Origin: Deinococcota bacterium
GTDB taxonomy: Bacteria > Deinococcota > Deinococci > Deinococcales > Thermaceae
DNA: 64,000 nt
NCBI GenBank assembly: GCA_041695225.1
Contig: JBGFRI010000045.1
Coordinates: 1 to 64,000 of the forward strand
Direction: 5' to 3'
Program-made: the position numbers and the translations under genes
The notes under the pieces: model-generated
The model's database searches: none
What the model was told of the DNA's origin: nothing
What the model saw: only the letters and a program-made list of their open reading frames with translations
Part shown: positions 28,590 to 38,545 of the stretch, piece after piece
Numbering within the stretch: the first letter of the stretch is position 1
How the letters are laid out: every line of letters begins with the position of its first letter

Positions 28590-29786
28590 GTGTTGATTCT
28601 GTATCCACCACAACCACTTCCCGAGTTAAGCCCCGGCCAGACCGTGGTTTTAGCGGCTGGTCAACACCAGGGGCCCTGGGTTATCGCCACCCCGGGGATA
28701 AGGCTTTTGGCCCGGCCCGGTGCTGTGCTGGATGGTGGGGGTAAGGGAAGCGCCCTGACCCTGATGGCGCCAGAGATCACGGTGGAGGGGCTAGAAGTGC
28801 AAAACGTGGGCCCGAACGACGATTTCTTCGAACCAGACGCTGCTGTCACACTGCTCGGTTGCTCGCGGTGTGTGATCAGCAATTTAAGGGCAGAAGGGGT
28901 AACGGCGGGGATTCGTTTAGAGGGCTCGCACGATACAAGAATCTCTGGGGCGCAGCTTTCTGGCCTTGGCACTGCTCCTGGCCTACTTACCTTTCGCAGC
29001 GACCGGGTAACCCTGCACAACAACCGGGTCACGGGCTTTCTGGACAACCTGTATGTGGAGTTCGGCGAAGGGGTGGTAATAAAGGGCAACCAGGTGACCG
29101 GGGCAGAGCGCTACGGGTTGCACCTGATGTTTACCTTTGGGGCCCGGGTGGTGGGCAACCAGGCCCAGCGCAACCGGGTGGGCTCGGCTATCATGCACGG
29201 GGCAGAGAACCGGGTAGAAGGCAACACCTTCTCTGGGGAGGTGGGTCCGCTGCGCTACGGCCTGTTGCTGCAAGAGGAGTGGCAGACCCATGTAGAGGGA
29301 AACCTCTTTGTCGGTAACACCCTGGGACTGGCCTCGCTGGACTCGAGGGATACGCTCTTGAAAGCCAACCGATTTGAGGGCAACGGAACCGCCCTGCTCT
29401 TTGCCCGCGACGCCGACCTGAACACCCTGGTGGCGACACAAAACACCTTTGTGGGCAACCTGCACGACCTGGCAGTGGACGACCCCCAGGCCAGGGTGCT
29501 GCTGCAAGGCAACGCTTTTGACCGGGCCAGCCCTCTGCCCATTCCCCACCTGCCCAGCAGCAGCTTTGCCCTGCTAGCTGCCCGCCAGCCCGCTCTGAGC
29601 GTGTTCGCGCTATCCCCAGCCATGCTGCTGTGGGAAGGTGCCGAGGCCCAGGTACCGGGACTAAGGCTATTAGCCCTGGCTGACCAGGAGGCCCGCCCAG
29701 CCCCTCAGGACAGGCCGGCTCTGGCGTTACCCTTGCTGGTTGTGGCCCTGCTGACCACAGTGGGAGGGTTATGGTTGAGGTGGTAG
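28590..29786 (+). CDS. NosD-like right-handed beta-helix protein with C-terminal TM anchor
   Basis: AVLDGGGKGS, RYGLHLMF, GN.F.GN repeats; SD GGAGG before GTG 28590 (alternative TTG 28566). Confidence 0.85.
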   Translation: MLILYPPQPLPELSPGQTVVLAAGQHQGPWVIATPGIRLLARPGAVLDGGGKGSALTLMAPEITVEGLEVQNVGPNDDFFEPDAAVTLLGCSRCVISNLRAEGVTAGIRLEGSHDTRISGAQLSGLGTAPGLLTFRSDRVTLHNNRVTGFLDNLYVEFGEGVVIKGNQVTGAERYGLHLMFTFGARVVGNQAQRNRVGSAIMHGAENRVEGNTFSGEVGPLRYGLLLQEEWQTHVEGNLFVGNTLGLASLDSRDTLLKANRFEGNGTALLFARDADLNTLVATQNTFVGNLHDLAVDDPQARVLLQGNAFDRASPLPIPHLPSSSFALLAARQPALSVFALSPAMLLWEGAEAQVPGLRLLALADQEARPAPQDRPALALPLLVVALLTTVGGLWLRW

Positions 29787-30415
29787 AGGTTCACAAGCGG
29801 GGCCGTCTGGAAGGGGTGAGCCTTAGTCTGAGGGAGGGCAGCCTGGCCCTGATTGGGCCAAACGGGGCGGGCAAAAGCACCCTGCTGGGTCTTTTGGCTG
29901 GTCGCATCCGGGCCGACAGGGGAGAGGTGCGGCTTTATGGGCACCACCCCAGGAGCATAAGAGCGGCCCGCCACCGGGCCTACATTCCACAGCAGCTGGC
30001 CTTCCCTGCTACCTTGCGGGTATCGGAGATACTGTGGGCTGCCCAGAAGCTAAAGGGCGCCAGCCGCCAGGACCAACAAGAGGCCATTGAACGGATGGAC
30101 CTGCAGACGCGCATGCACCAGCCGGTTTCACTGCTGTCGGTGGGCTGGAAACAGCGCCTGGCCCTGGCGGCAGGGCTGATGGGTAGGCCCGGGCTCTGGC
30201 TGTTGGACGAGCCAGCGGCAGCGCTGGATAGCGATGGGCTGGAACGCCTGCGAGACTGGATTGTGGCACATCTGCAAATGGGCGGGCTGGCAGTTTTGTC
30301 TGCTCACCGGCAAGAAGAAATCTTTTCCCTGGCCAGCCGTTATCTGCACCTGGAAAATGGCCGGGTGATTAGCGAGAGATTTTTGGGAGACTCCGATGCA
30401 AAAAGACCGTCGTGA
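29771..30415 (+). CDS. ABC ATPase (NosF-like)
   Basis: GPNGAGKS, LSVGWKQR (variant signature), LLDEP. Confidence 0.88.
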   Translation: MVEVVEVHKRGRLEGVSLSLREGSLALIGPNGAGKSTLLGLLAGRIRADRGEVRLYGHHPRSIRAARHRAYIPQQLAFPATLRVSEILWAAQKLKGASRQDQQEAIERMDLQTRMHQPVSLLSVGWKQRLALAAGLMGRPGLWLLDEPAAALDSDGLERLRDWIVAHLQMGGLAVLSAHRQEEIFSLASRYLHLENGRVISERFLGDSDAKRPS

Positions 30416-31076
30416 AACAATTAAACTGCTCTCGGCCCTGGGCCTTGGGGCTGCTCTTAGCCCGGTGCTGGCGCAGCACCAGCACCACCACCATCATCAG
30501 CCGCCAGCCCCGCCCAGCCCTGCTCCGACTGGCCTCGAGACCATCCCCCCCCGGGCCATCCCCTGGGAGCGGGGTAGCTGTGCATTTTGCGAGATGCCGC
30601 TGGCAACCCCTGCCCCCGGGGTCTGGCGCGGGCGCACCTTTAGCCCGGGCTTTTTTGAGCAGACCTATGCCCAGGTCGCGCTTAGAGAGGCCGTCCAGGG
30701 TAGGGAAGCCCTGCACTTCGAGTCTGTCGCCTGCATGGTTAACTATGCCTACGTCCACGGTCAGCGCGACGGGGTGGGCAGTACGTTCTACGTTACCGAC
30801 CGGGCTGCTTTCGACCCCACTTTGGGCCCGGCTGCGGTTAGGCTGCTGCCGGCCCGCCAGGCAGTCTACCTCTGGGCCGAGCGGCGCGGCTGGCTGGTGA
30901 TGGACTCCAGAGTGGCAGCTTTCCGTAACCCCGAGGCTGCCGCGGCCTTTGCCCGCACCATCCCCGATCTGGGCCGTACCCGTATCCTGGACTGGCAGAC
31001 CCTGGCAGACCTGGCCCCCCTGCACTCGATGAACCTGGTGCCTTTGCTGGCCAGACACGCCGGGCTGCTACATTAG
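30396..31076 (+). CDS. NosL-like metal-binding protein with Tat signal and His tract
   Basis: DRRETIK signal, QHQHHHHHQ, CAFCEM, FESVACM, YVTD. Confidence 0.75.
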   Translation: MQKDRRETIKLLSALGLGAALSPVLAQHQHHHHHQPPAPPSPAPTGLETIPPRAIPWERGSCAFCEMPLATPAPGVWRGRTFSPGFFEQTYAQVALREAVQGREALHFESVACMVNYAYVHGQRDGVGSTFYVTDRAAFDPTLGPAAVRLLPARQAVYLWAERRGWLVMDSRVAAFRNPEAAAAFARTIPDLGRTRILDWQTLADLAPLHSMNLVPLLARHAGLLH

Positions 31077-31141
31077 TAACCTGAGTACTGCCCTCTGGTC
31101 TGAGAGCCTTTTCTCGGGCCAGAGGCCCCAGAGGAAGAGTA

Positions 31142-31633
31142 ATGAAACGCCGGAGTCTCTTAAAAGTGCTCTTTGCCCTCCCGTTTGGGCTGGCCCTGGC
31201 CGCCCCCAGGGCGCTGCGGGTTGGTGTGGATGTCTGTCCGTTCTGCAACATGACCATCCTGGATGCCCGCTTTGCCGCTCAGATGATAACCACCACTGGC
31301 AGGGTGTTCAACTACGACGATGTGGGCTGCCTGCTCGACCACCAGCAGAGCCGCGGCGGCCCCAGGGTTAGTCCTGCCGAGCAATTCGTGGCCGATTTTG
31401 CCGCCTCCGATAGAACTACCCCACGCTTTCTGGTAGCAGGCCAGGCCCGATTCTTATTCAACGAGCGCATCCGCACCCCCATGGGCGTGGGGCTGCTGGC
31501 CTTTGGCCGGGCAGAAGACCTCGAGGCTTACCTGCGGCAGCGTCCTCAGTTTGCCGACGCACAGCGGCTAAACTGGAGCGACCTGTTGCGCCTGGGGCGG
31601 CAGCGGGCCTGGATAGGGGGGCACGGGCGATAA
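31142..31633 (+). CDS. NosL family protein
   Basis: KRRSLLK signal, CPFCNM.I.D.RFAAQ, YDDVGCL, TPMGVG. Confidence 0.88.
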   Translation: MKRRSLLKVLFALPFGLALAAPRALRVGVDVCPFCNMTILDARFAAQMITTTGRVFNYDDVGCLLDHQQSRGGPRVSPAEQFVADFAASDRTTPRFLVAGQARFLFNERIRTPMGVGLLAFGRAEDLEAYLRQRPQFADAQRLNWSDLLRLGRQRAWIGGHGR

Positions 31634-31635
31634 CC

Positions 31636-32391
31636 ATGGCTGCCCTGTTTATGCTGTACGCCAGGGCCTTGCTGCGCAACCCCTGGGCTTTTGTCCCGGT
31701 TGTTTTGCTGCCCCTGCTGGCCCTGGGTTTTGCCGGCCGGGGCGAGGCGGTTGCGGTGGTCTCGTTGTACGCTACCCTGGCCCTGCTATTGCCGCCGTTT
31801 GTGCTGGCCCTGACCACACCCCTGCTGGCGGCACGGGAGGACTGGGCTTTCTGGGCAGGGATGCCCCGCCCCCCTGCACTGCTATATCTGGCTGGGGTGT
31901 TTGGGCTGGGGCTGGGGCTTTTGCTGCCCCTGCTGGGCGGGCTGGCCCTGGCTGCGGCTCTGCTGGGCCTTTCTGGGCTGTCGGCTGGGCTTTTGCTCTT
32001 GAGCGGGCTGGGTCTATTATGGTTCTGGGTGGCGGTGGCGGGCTGGGCCGGGGCGGGCCTCGAGCCCTCCCGGGCGCTGGGCCTGGGTCTGGCAGTCTGG
32101 GCGCTGCTGGTGCTGGCCTATAGCCCCTTGCTGGTGGCCCTGGCGGTAGCCCTGCGCGACTACCCTCTGGAGGGGCTTTTGCTTACGGCAGTGCTGCTAA
32201 ACCCGGTGGAGCTGTTTCGCGTGGGCCTGCTCGAGGCCCTGGCGGCCCCGGTGCTGGTGGGGCCGACGGGTTTTTTGCTCAAGGAGCGGCTGGGGTATGC
32301 TGGTGGCCTGCTGCCAGTAGGGGTGGGCATAGCGGCGGTGGTGCTGGGCCTGTCTGGCGCAGCCTGGCGCTTTAGCAGGCGAGACCGATGA
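31636..32391 (+). CDS. ABC permease (NosY-like)
   Basis: Highly hydrophobic, LLNPVELFR motif, position in the nosD-F-L cluster. Confidence 0.8.
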   Translation: MAALFMLYARALLRNPWAFVPVVLLPLLALGFAGRGEAVAVVSLYATLALLLPPFVLALTTPLLAAREDWAFWAGMPRPPALLYLAGVFGLGLGLLLPLLGGLALAAALLGLSGLSAGLLLLSGLGLLWFWVAVAGWAGAGLEPSRALGLGLAVWALLVLAYSPLLVALAVALRDYPLEGLLLTAVLLNPVELFRVGLLEALAAPVLVGPTGFLLKERLGYAGGLLPVGVGIAAVVLGLSGAAWRFSRRDR

Positions 32392-32399
32392 GAGGTAAA

Positions 32400-32837
32400 A
32401 TGAGACTTTTTTTCTGGTTACTACCCTTGCTGGGCCTGGCACTGGCCCAGCCCAGCCTGCAACTACACGAGGGCTGGGTGCGGCGGCTGCCGGGTAACAT
32501 TACTGCCGCCTACATGGTGCTGGTTAACCCTGGCCCCCATCCGGTACGTATTCTCTCGGTCTCTACTCCAATCGCAACCAGGGTGGAGTTTCATCAGACA
32601 ACTAAGGCAGGGGGGCGGGATAACCTGCTAGACCTTTCCACCATGCGCCGGGTAGAGTTTCTGGAGGTACCTGCCAGGGGCCGCCTGGAAATTTTACCGG
32701 GCGGGTTTCACCTGATGCTTTACGGGCTGCGTGAAAAGCGTCGTCAGCCTTTGCGTGAAGGCGAGATGGTAGAGTTTACCCTGCACCTGTCGGGGGGAGG
32801 CCGGATCAGGCTTAGCCTCCCCGCGCAGATGCGCTAG
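32400..32837 (+). CDS. PCu(A)C periplasmic copper chaperone
   Basis: Signal peptide, WVR..TAAYM, EFH..M..PGGFHLML. Confidence 0.9.
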   Translation: MRLFFWLLPLLGLALAQPSLQLHEGWVRRLPGNITAAYMVLVNPGPHPVRILSVSTPIATRVEFHQTTKAGGRDNLLDLSTMRRVEFLEVPARGRLEILPGGFHLMLYGLREKRRQPLREGEMVEFTLHLSGGGRIRLSLPAQMR

Positions 32838-32847
32838 TCGGCCAGGC

Positions 32848-32876
32848 TTTACATTCATATCCCTGGGGGGTATAAT
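32848..32876 (+). promoter_or_regulatory. Promoter TTTACA-N17-TATAAT overlapped by a CsoR/CstR-type operator
   Basis: Operator ATATCCCTGGGGGGTAT (32857-32873) lies in the spacer and is a near reverse complement of the 22090 box. Confidence 0.8.
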
Positions 32877-32933
32877 ACCGCTGGAGCCTGTTGAGTCATG
32901 CACAAGATGCTCGGTTGGAACTATACTCGGCGA

Positions 32934-33416
32934 ATGCAAGGTTTTTTTGCTTTTGCACAGCGCCTGCGTGTTTTTCTGGCCTGCCGGGTGAGTGGTTTTT
33001 CGCCGTGCCGGCTGATGCCCTGGCTGGTGGCGGGGCTGGCTGCGCTACTGCTAAGTAGCTGTGGGGGCGCAGCGGGTTTCAAGAATGTAAGCGTGCAGGA
33101 GCTTTATGCTGCCAGCGAGACCGACCGGATTGTTCTGGACGTGCGGGAGCCGTTTGAATTTGCTGCCGGGCACGTGCCCGGCTCACTGCTGATTCCGCTG
33201 GGGCAGCTCTCCGCCCAGGCCGGACAGCTACCCAAAGACGCACCGGTATACGTAATTTGTCGCAGCGGCAACCGCTCGGTTACTGCCAGCAACATCCTGG
33301 CTGAGATGGGTTTTACCGATGTCCGCAATGTTAGAGGCGGCATTCTGGCCTGGCAGGCTGCTGGCTACCCGACTCTGCTGGGCGGGTCACGTTACCCGAT
33401 TCCGGCCCGACCATAA
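32934..33416 (+). CDS. Rhodanese lipoprotein
   Basis: Lipobox LSSC, LDVREPFE, ICRSGNRS; start uncertain (32898, 32934 or later). Confidence 0.85.
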   Translation: MQGFFAFAQRLRVFLACRVSGFSPCRLMPWLVAGLAALLLSSCGGAAGFKNVSVQELYAASETDRIVLDVREPFEFAAGHVPGSLLIPLGQLSAQAGQLPKDAPVYVICRSGNRSVTASNILAEMGFTDVRNVRGGILAWQAAGYPTLLGGSRYPIPARP

Positions 33417-33421
33417 CCCGT

Positions 33422-34231
33422 ATGAGCATAACTCCAGACGCCTTACTACTGGGACCTCTGGCCCTGAGCTGGCCCAACCTGGCCCTGTTGTTGGGCATTC
33501 TGACGTTTATCAGCCTGGCTGCCAGGCAGGGCCTGGAAAGCAAGGGATGGTGGGTTTTACTGGCCACACTACTGGCAGCCCGGCTGGGCTTTGCGCTGGA
33601 TCACTCAGGGGCCTGGCCCAGCCTGGGTGCGGCGCTGCTGGGCATAGTGGATATTCGCACTGGGGGCTGGAACTGGCTCTGGGGGTTGCTGGGCGGGCTG
33701 GCTCTGGCGGCGGTGGTGCTACGTCAAAAAGCTACCGCGCTGCTGGTGCCTGCAGCGCTGAGTCTGCTGGTGGCACTGGTTCCGCTGGGCATACAGCAAA
33801 GCCTGTCCCGGCCGGCAGATGTCCGGCAGGGTCTGGAAGGTGCGGTGCTGGCCCAGCTAACAAAGGGTCAGTCGGAGCTTGGTGAGGTTTACTGGAAAGA
33901 CCTGCCAAAGCCAATGCTGGTTAGCCTCTGGGCTACCTGGTGTGCTAGCTGTCGCACCCATATGCCCCTACTGGTCGAGTACCAGGCCAGGGGTTACCCC
34001 ATCGTGCTGCTCAATCTGGGCGAGCAGGCCGAGGTCATTGCGGCATACCTGCAAGAAAACCGCCTGGCGGCGCAGATAACACTGGATACGGCTAATTTGC
34101 ATGACGCCTTCCAGGTTGCAGGTCTGCCCACTACCCTGCTAATTGGCCCCGGCGGAGAGGTTCTGGCCCGCCAGATGGGGCCACTCAACCGCGCCCAGCT
34201 CGAACAGCTTCTACACCAGCTTCAGCAGTAG
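33422..34231 (+). CDS. Lgt-like membrane domain fused to TlpA thioredoxin
   Basis: LGPLALSW..ARLGF..IRTGGW N-half; WATWCASC and GLPTT C-half. Confidence 0.82.
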   Translation: MSITPDALLLGPLALSWPNLALLLGILTFISLAARQGLESKGWWVLLATLLAARLGFALDHSGAWPSLGAALLGIVDIRTGGWNWLWGLLGGLALAAVVLRQKATALLVPAALSLLVALVPLGIQQSLSRPADVRQGLEGAVLAQLTKGQSELGEVYWKDLPKPMLVSLWATWCASCRTHMPLLVEYQARGYPIVLLNLGEQAEVIAAYLQENRLAAQITLDTANLHDAFQVAGLPTTLLIGPGGEVLARQMGPLNRAQLEQLLHQLQQ

Positions 34232-34277
34232 AATACGTCTGGGTAGTTGCTTACCCTTCAGTGCACCGAGGTGAGTT

Positions 34278-34565
34278 TTGCAGACAGACAATTTGCTCGA
34301 ATCCCAGGCCCGAGACGAGGCCCGCACCCGAATAAAAAACCGCTTGAAGCGGCTGGAGGGCCAGGTACGGGGCCTGCAAAAAATGGTGGACGAAGACCGT
34401 GAGTGCCGTGACATTCTAACCCTGTTGTCGGGAGTGCGCAGCGCACTCGAGGCCACCGGAGATCTGATCTTTGAGGCCTACCTGGAGGAATGCCGCGCAG
34501 ACCTGGTCAAAGGCAAGGGCGATACCAAGGCTATTGTGGAAACCCTGCGGCTTTTACGGCGCTGA
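34278..34565 (+). CDS. CsoR/RcnR-family repressor with CstR-like x-C-x-C fingerprint
   Basis: RLKRLEGQVRGLQKMV..RECRDIL..SAL; EAYLEEC has Tyr at the CsoR His position. Confidence 0.9.
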   Translation: MQTDNLLESQARDEARTRIKNRLKRLEGQVRGLQKMVDEDRECRDILTLLSGVRSALEATGDLIFEAYLEECRADLVKGKGDTKAIVETLRLLRR

Positions 34566-34787
34566 TAGCTTTTTCAACCTGGCACAGGCTAGTATGTTGT
34601 CGTAGCGGAGTTGTCCGGGTCAGGGTCAGCGGAAAACAATGTAGCTTCCAGGCCGGTATGGCTATGCATAGAGCACCGGTTACTGCCAGGGGGTCAAAGT
34701 CCGACGAATAACTCCAGGAGGGTATAAACCCAACTTGACTGACTGGAATGGTCTGGCCTTGCTTCCTCTTCCACTATAACTTCGGAC

Positions 34788-35260
34788 TTGCCCCGAGCCT
34801 TCGGCCTTGAGAGCCTGCCCTGAGCCTACCGAAGGGTCCTCAGCCCAAGGCTTGGCGAATGGGTCGCTACCGTGCAGGCGCATAGATCAACAGAGTCGGC
34901 AAGCAGGCTGGTGCACTACTCAATCCCCCCAACCCCCCCTTGGTAAGGGGGGTGGCCGTCAGGCCGGGGGGATTTACCTGGCGAGCAGCTGGTCTACTTG
35001 ACATCCTAGGTTCATTGCGTAGAAGGCCCGGACCCTATCCGTTATCGCCAGGAGGCTAGAGGCCCCCGGCATTGCGAGGAGGCCAGGCCGACGAAGCAAT
35101 AGACTAGGCGATGGAGTGGGCGAGCATGGGGGTGATTAGTCCATCCAGAAGGGGAGTAACCCAACCTGACACACGGAATGCTCTGGATGCTCTTCCCCCC
35201 CACCCACCTTGGCGTCCGCACTGAGCCTTGCCCTGGGCATAGTCTACGGGGCAGCGAAAG
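34788..35260. repeat. Composite REP-like cluster
   Basis: GCCCTGAGCC..CGAAGGG, AATCCCCCC..GGGGGGATT and CATTGCGAGGAGGCC..GACGAAGCAAT modules. Confidence 0.75.
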
Positions 35261-35420
35261 AGCCTGGCCATGAGGTTGTCGTGGGGTTTTGAACAGGTTG
35301 CCTATGGGTTGCCAAGAGGTTGCCGAGAGGTTACGACAAAAGCCTGCTCTTAGGTACAAAGGGCCATCCTGGCAGAGGGTTTTTAGGGTAGTCGGACCAT
35401 CAATGATGCCCAAAACACAC

Positions 35421-36545
35421 TTACCCGGGTCCCGCTGCGAACAAACCCACCCTTTCTGCAAAGGCCCGCTCGAGGCCAGTCTTGGCCAGCACCTCACCCA
35501 GAGTCTTGAAAAATACCAGGTAGTGCTCAACTCTTGCACTCTCGCCCATCAGGCCCAGCCGCAGCACCTTGCCGGCGGTGGGGCCGATTCCACCAGCTAT
35601 CGAGACACCCCGGGCGTAGAGCTGCTGGCGAATCTCGGCCTCCTGCAGGCCCAGGGGTGGGCGCACCACCAGCACCGTGGATAGCCGTGCACCCTCGGCG
35701 GCAAAGGCGCTGAAACCGATCTCCTCCAGCAGTGATAAAACTGTGCGATACATAACCTCAGCGCGCCTCCGGCGATTCTCCAGACCTTCCTCTAAGGCTA
35801 GGCGCAGGGCTTCTTCCAGGGCGTAGTGTAGCAAGACCGGCGAGGTGCAAAAATAACCCTCCTGCTCCCAGTAAACCGCCACTCGCGAGAGGTCGGAGTA
35901 CCAGCCCCGCACCTGCCCCAGGCGCTCACGGCCCCGCTTAGACAGGGCGAATGGCGCCAGCCCTGGTGGGGCCGAAAGGCATTTCTGGCTGCCCGTAAAG
36001 GCATAATCTATACCCAGTTTTTCCATCGAGAGCGGCATCATCCCGGCGGTAGTCACTGCATCGAGCATGAAAAGCGCCCCATGGGACTGTACCAGACCGG
36101 CAATCTCTTCTAGAGGGTTGATCACGCCAGTGCTGGTCTCACCGTGAACCAGGGCGACCAGCTTGTAAGAGCGGCGAGTCAGCTCCTTGGCCACCGCCTG
36201 GGGATCAACGGGGTGGCCCGGCTCAAAACGCAGCACCGTATAATCGAGCCGATAAGCCTGGGCAATCTCCACCATCCGTTCGCCAAAAGTTCCATTGACC
36301 AGCAACAGCACCGGATCTCCTTCGTCGGCCAGGTTATTTAACCCTGCTTCCATTCCCAGGCTACCCGAGCCTGGCATTGCCGCCAGTAAAGCGCCGTGGC
36401 CAGGGTCAAACAAGAGATGCAAGTGTTCACGAATGCGGCGGTTGGTGGCGAGCACCTCTGGATCGAGGTGGCCGCGCATCTCCTTGCTGAGTGCCATCTG
36501 CACCCTGGGGTGAATGGGGGTGGGGCCGGGCGTCAAAAGAACCAT
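35421..36545 (-). CDS. Class V PLP aminotransferase (alanine-glyoxylate / serine-pyruvate family)
   Basis: LLTPGP, NGTFGER, VHGETSTG, DAVT, GSQKCL, RLGLMG; SD GGAGG. Confidence 0.92.
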   Translation of the reverse strand: MVLLTPGPTPIHPRVQMALSKEMRGHLDPEVLATNRRIREHLHLLFDPGHGALLAAMPGSGSLGMEAGLNNLADEGDPVLLLVNGTFGERMVEIAQAYRLDYTVLRFEPGHPVDPQAVAKELTRRSYKLVALVHGETSTGVINPLEEIAGLVQSHGALFMLDAVTTAGMMPLSMEKLGIDYAFTGSQKCLSAPPGLAPFALSKRGRERLGQVRGWYSDLSRVAVYWEQEGYFCTSPVLLHYALEEALRLALEEGLENRRRRAEVMYRTVLSLLEEIGFSAFAAEGARLSTVLVVRPPLGLQEAEIRQQLYARGVSIAGGIGPTAGKVLRLGLMGESARVEHYLVFFKTLGEVLAKTGLERAFAERVGLFAAGPG

Positions 36546-36556
36546 CGCTGTCCTCC

Positions 36557-36681
36557 AAACAAAAAGACTCCCCGCTGGGCACAACCTGACGGCCTCTTGC
36601 TAAGAAGAGCACCGTTACAGGATAGCTCGGGCGGAGAGTCGCATCTGACCTGAATATACAGGGGCCCATGCAGTTTGTCAA
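36557..36681 (-). promoter_or_regulatory. Promoter plus structured leader (long hairpin, U-tract, 9-codon uORF)
   Basis: TTGACA-N17-TATATT; stems GACTCTCCGC/GCGGGGAGTC, CCTG/CAGG, ACGG/CCGT, CTCTT/AAGAG; then TTTTTGTTT and SD. Confidence 0.6.
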
Positions 36682-36727
36682 AAAAATCAGGGTCGGTGCA
36701 GGTGCCAAGGCTGGCTATAGAACCAGC

Positions 36728-36985
36728 ACAGGAACGTATATTTTCATTGCAACCCCTGAGGGCATTGCCGAAGGGGGAGCAATCCAGATCACTTTTGAGG
36801 CTAACGGGCTTACGACCCTTTCCTGGATTGCTTCGTCGGCCTTTGGCCTCCTCGCAATGGCGACAGGAACGTATATTTTCGTCATTGCGACCCCTTCGAC
36901 CAGCCTCGGCCTGAGGGGCCTCGGCCCGAAGGCTCAGGGCAGGCTCTGAGGCGTAGCCGAAGGGGAAGCAATCCAGATCACCCCC
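36728..36985. repeat. Tandem composite REP-like elements
   Basis: 18-bp direct repeat ACAGGAACGTATATTTTC (36728, 36863); two AGCAATCCAGATCAC copies; 33 bp identical to 48699-48731. Confidence 0.8.
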
Positions 36986-36991
36986 GTAAAA

Positions 36992-37180
36992 GTGTCGCGG
37001 GTCTCAGGTCTCAGGTCGCAGGTCAAGTGCTCCTATCGTCGCAAGTCTAAGGTCTGCGACGGCCCCGCGTTCTGGCCTTCGACCTTTGTCTTCAGACCTT
37101 CGACCAGGCGCGTTAGCGCCTGTTTCGCAGGTCACAGGTCTTTTTGGCTTGCGACTTGCGACTCGCGACCTGAGACATCG
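36992..37180. repeat. Inverted heptamer arrays
   Basis: gtctcag gtctcag gtcgcag ... gcgactt gcgactc gcgacct gagac. Confidence 0.8.
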
Positions 37181-37191
37181 GGCGCTAAACA

Positions 37192-38424
<1,233 letters not shown>

Positions 38425-38545
38425 CCTCAAAGTATAGCAATACGCCACAAACCCAGGCCATGTGCGCTGCCCAGGTAACCAGCGCAGGACTTAGAAAACC
38501 AACCTACCCGGGTAAAAACTGCGCCGAATCCGGTAAACTGTAGGT

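Noticed and set aside
28590..32837. Calling a denitrification (N2O reduction) locus
   Set aside because: nosZ and nosR are absent from the window
34709..34725. Fifth operator-like box TAACTCCAGGAGGGTAT
   Set aside because: Only one good half-site and no clear downstream gene; left unassigned
36566..36585. ZTP (pfl) riboswitch, suggested by CCGCTGGGCA near glyA
   Set aside because: Wrong strand for the downstream gene, and the 5' GACTGGCG element is missing
36720..37180. Possible CRISPR array
   Set aside because: No constant repeat with unique, regular spacers, and no cas genes; these are REP-like and heptamer repeats
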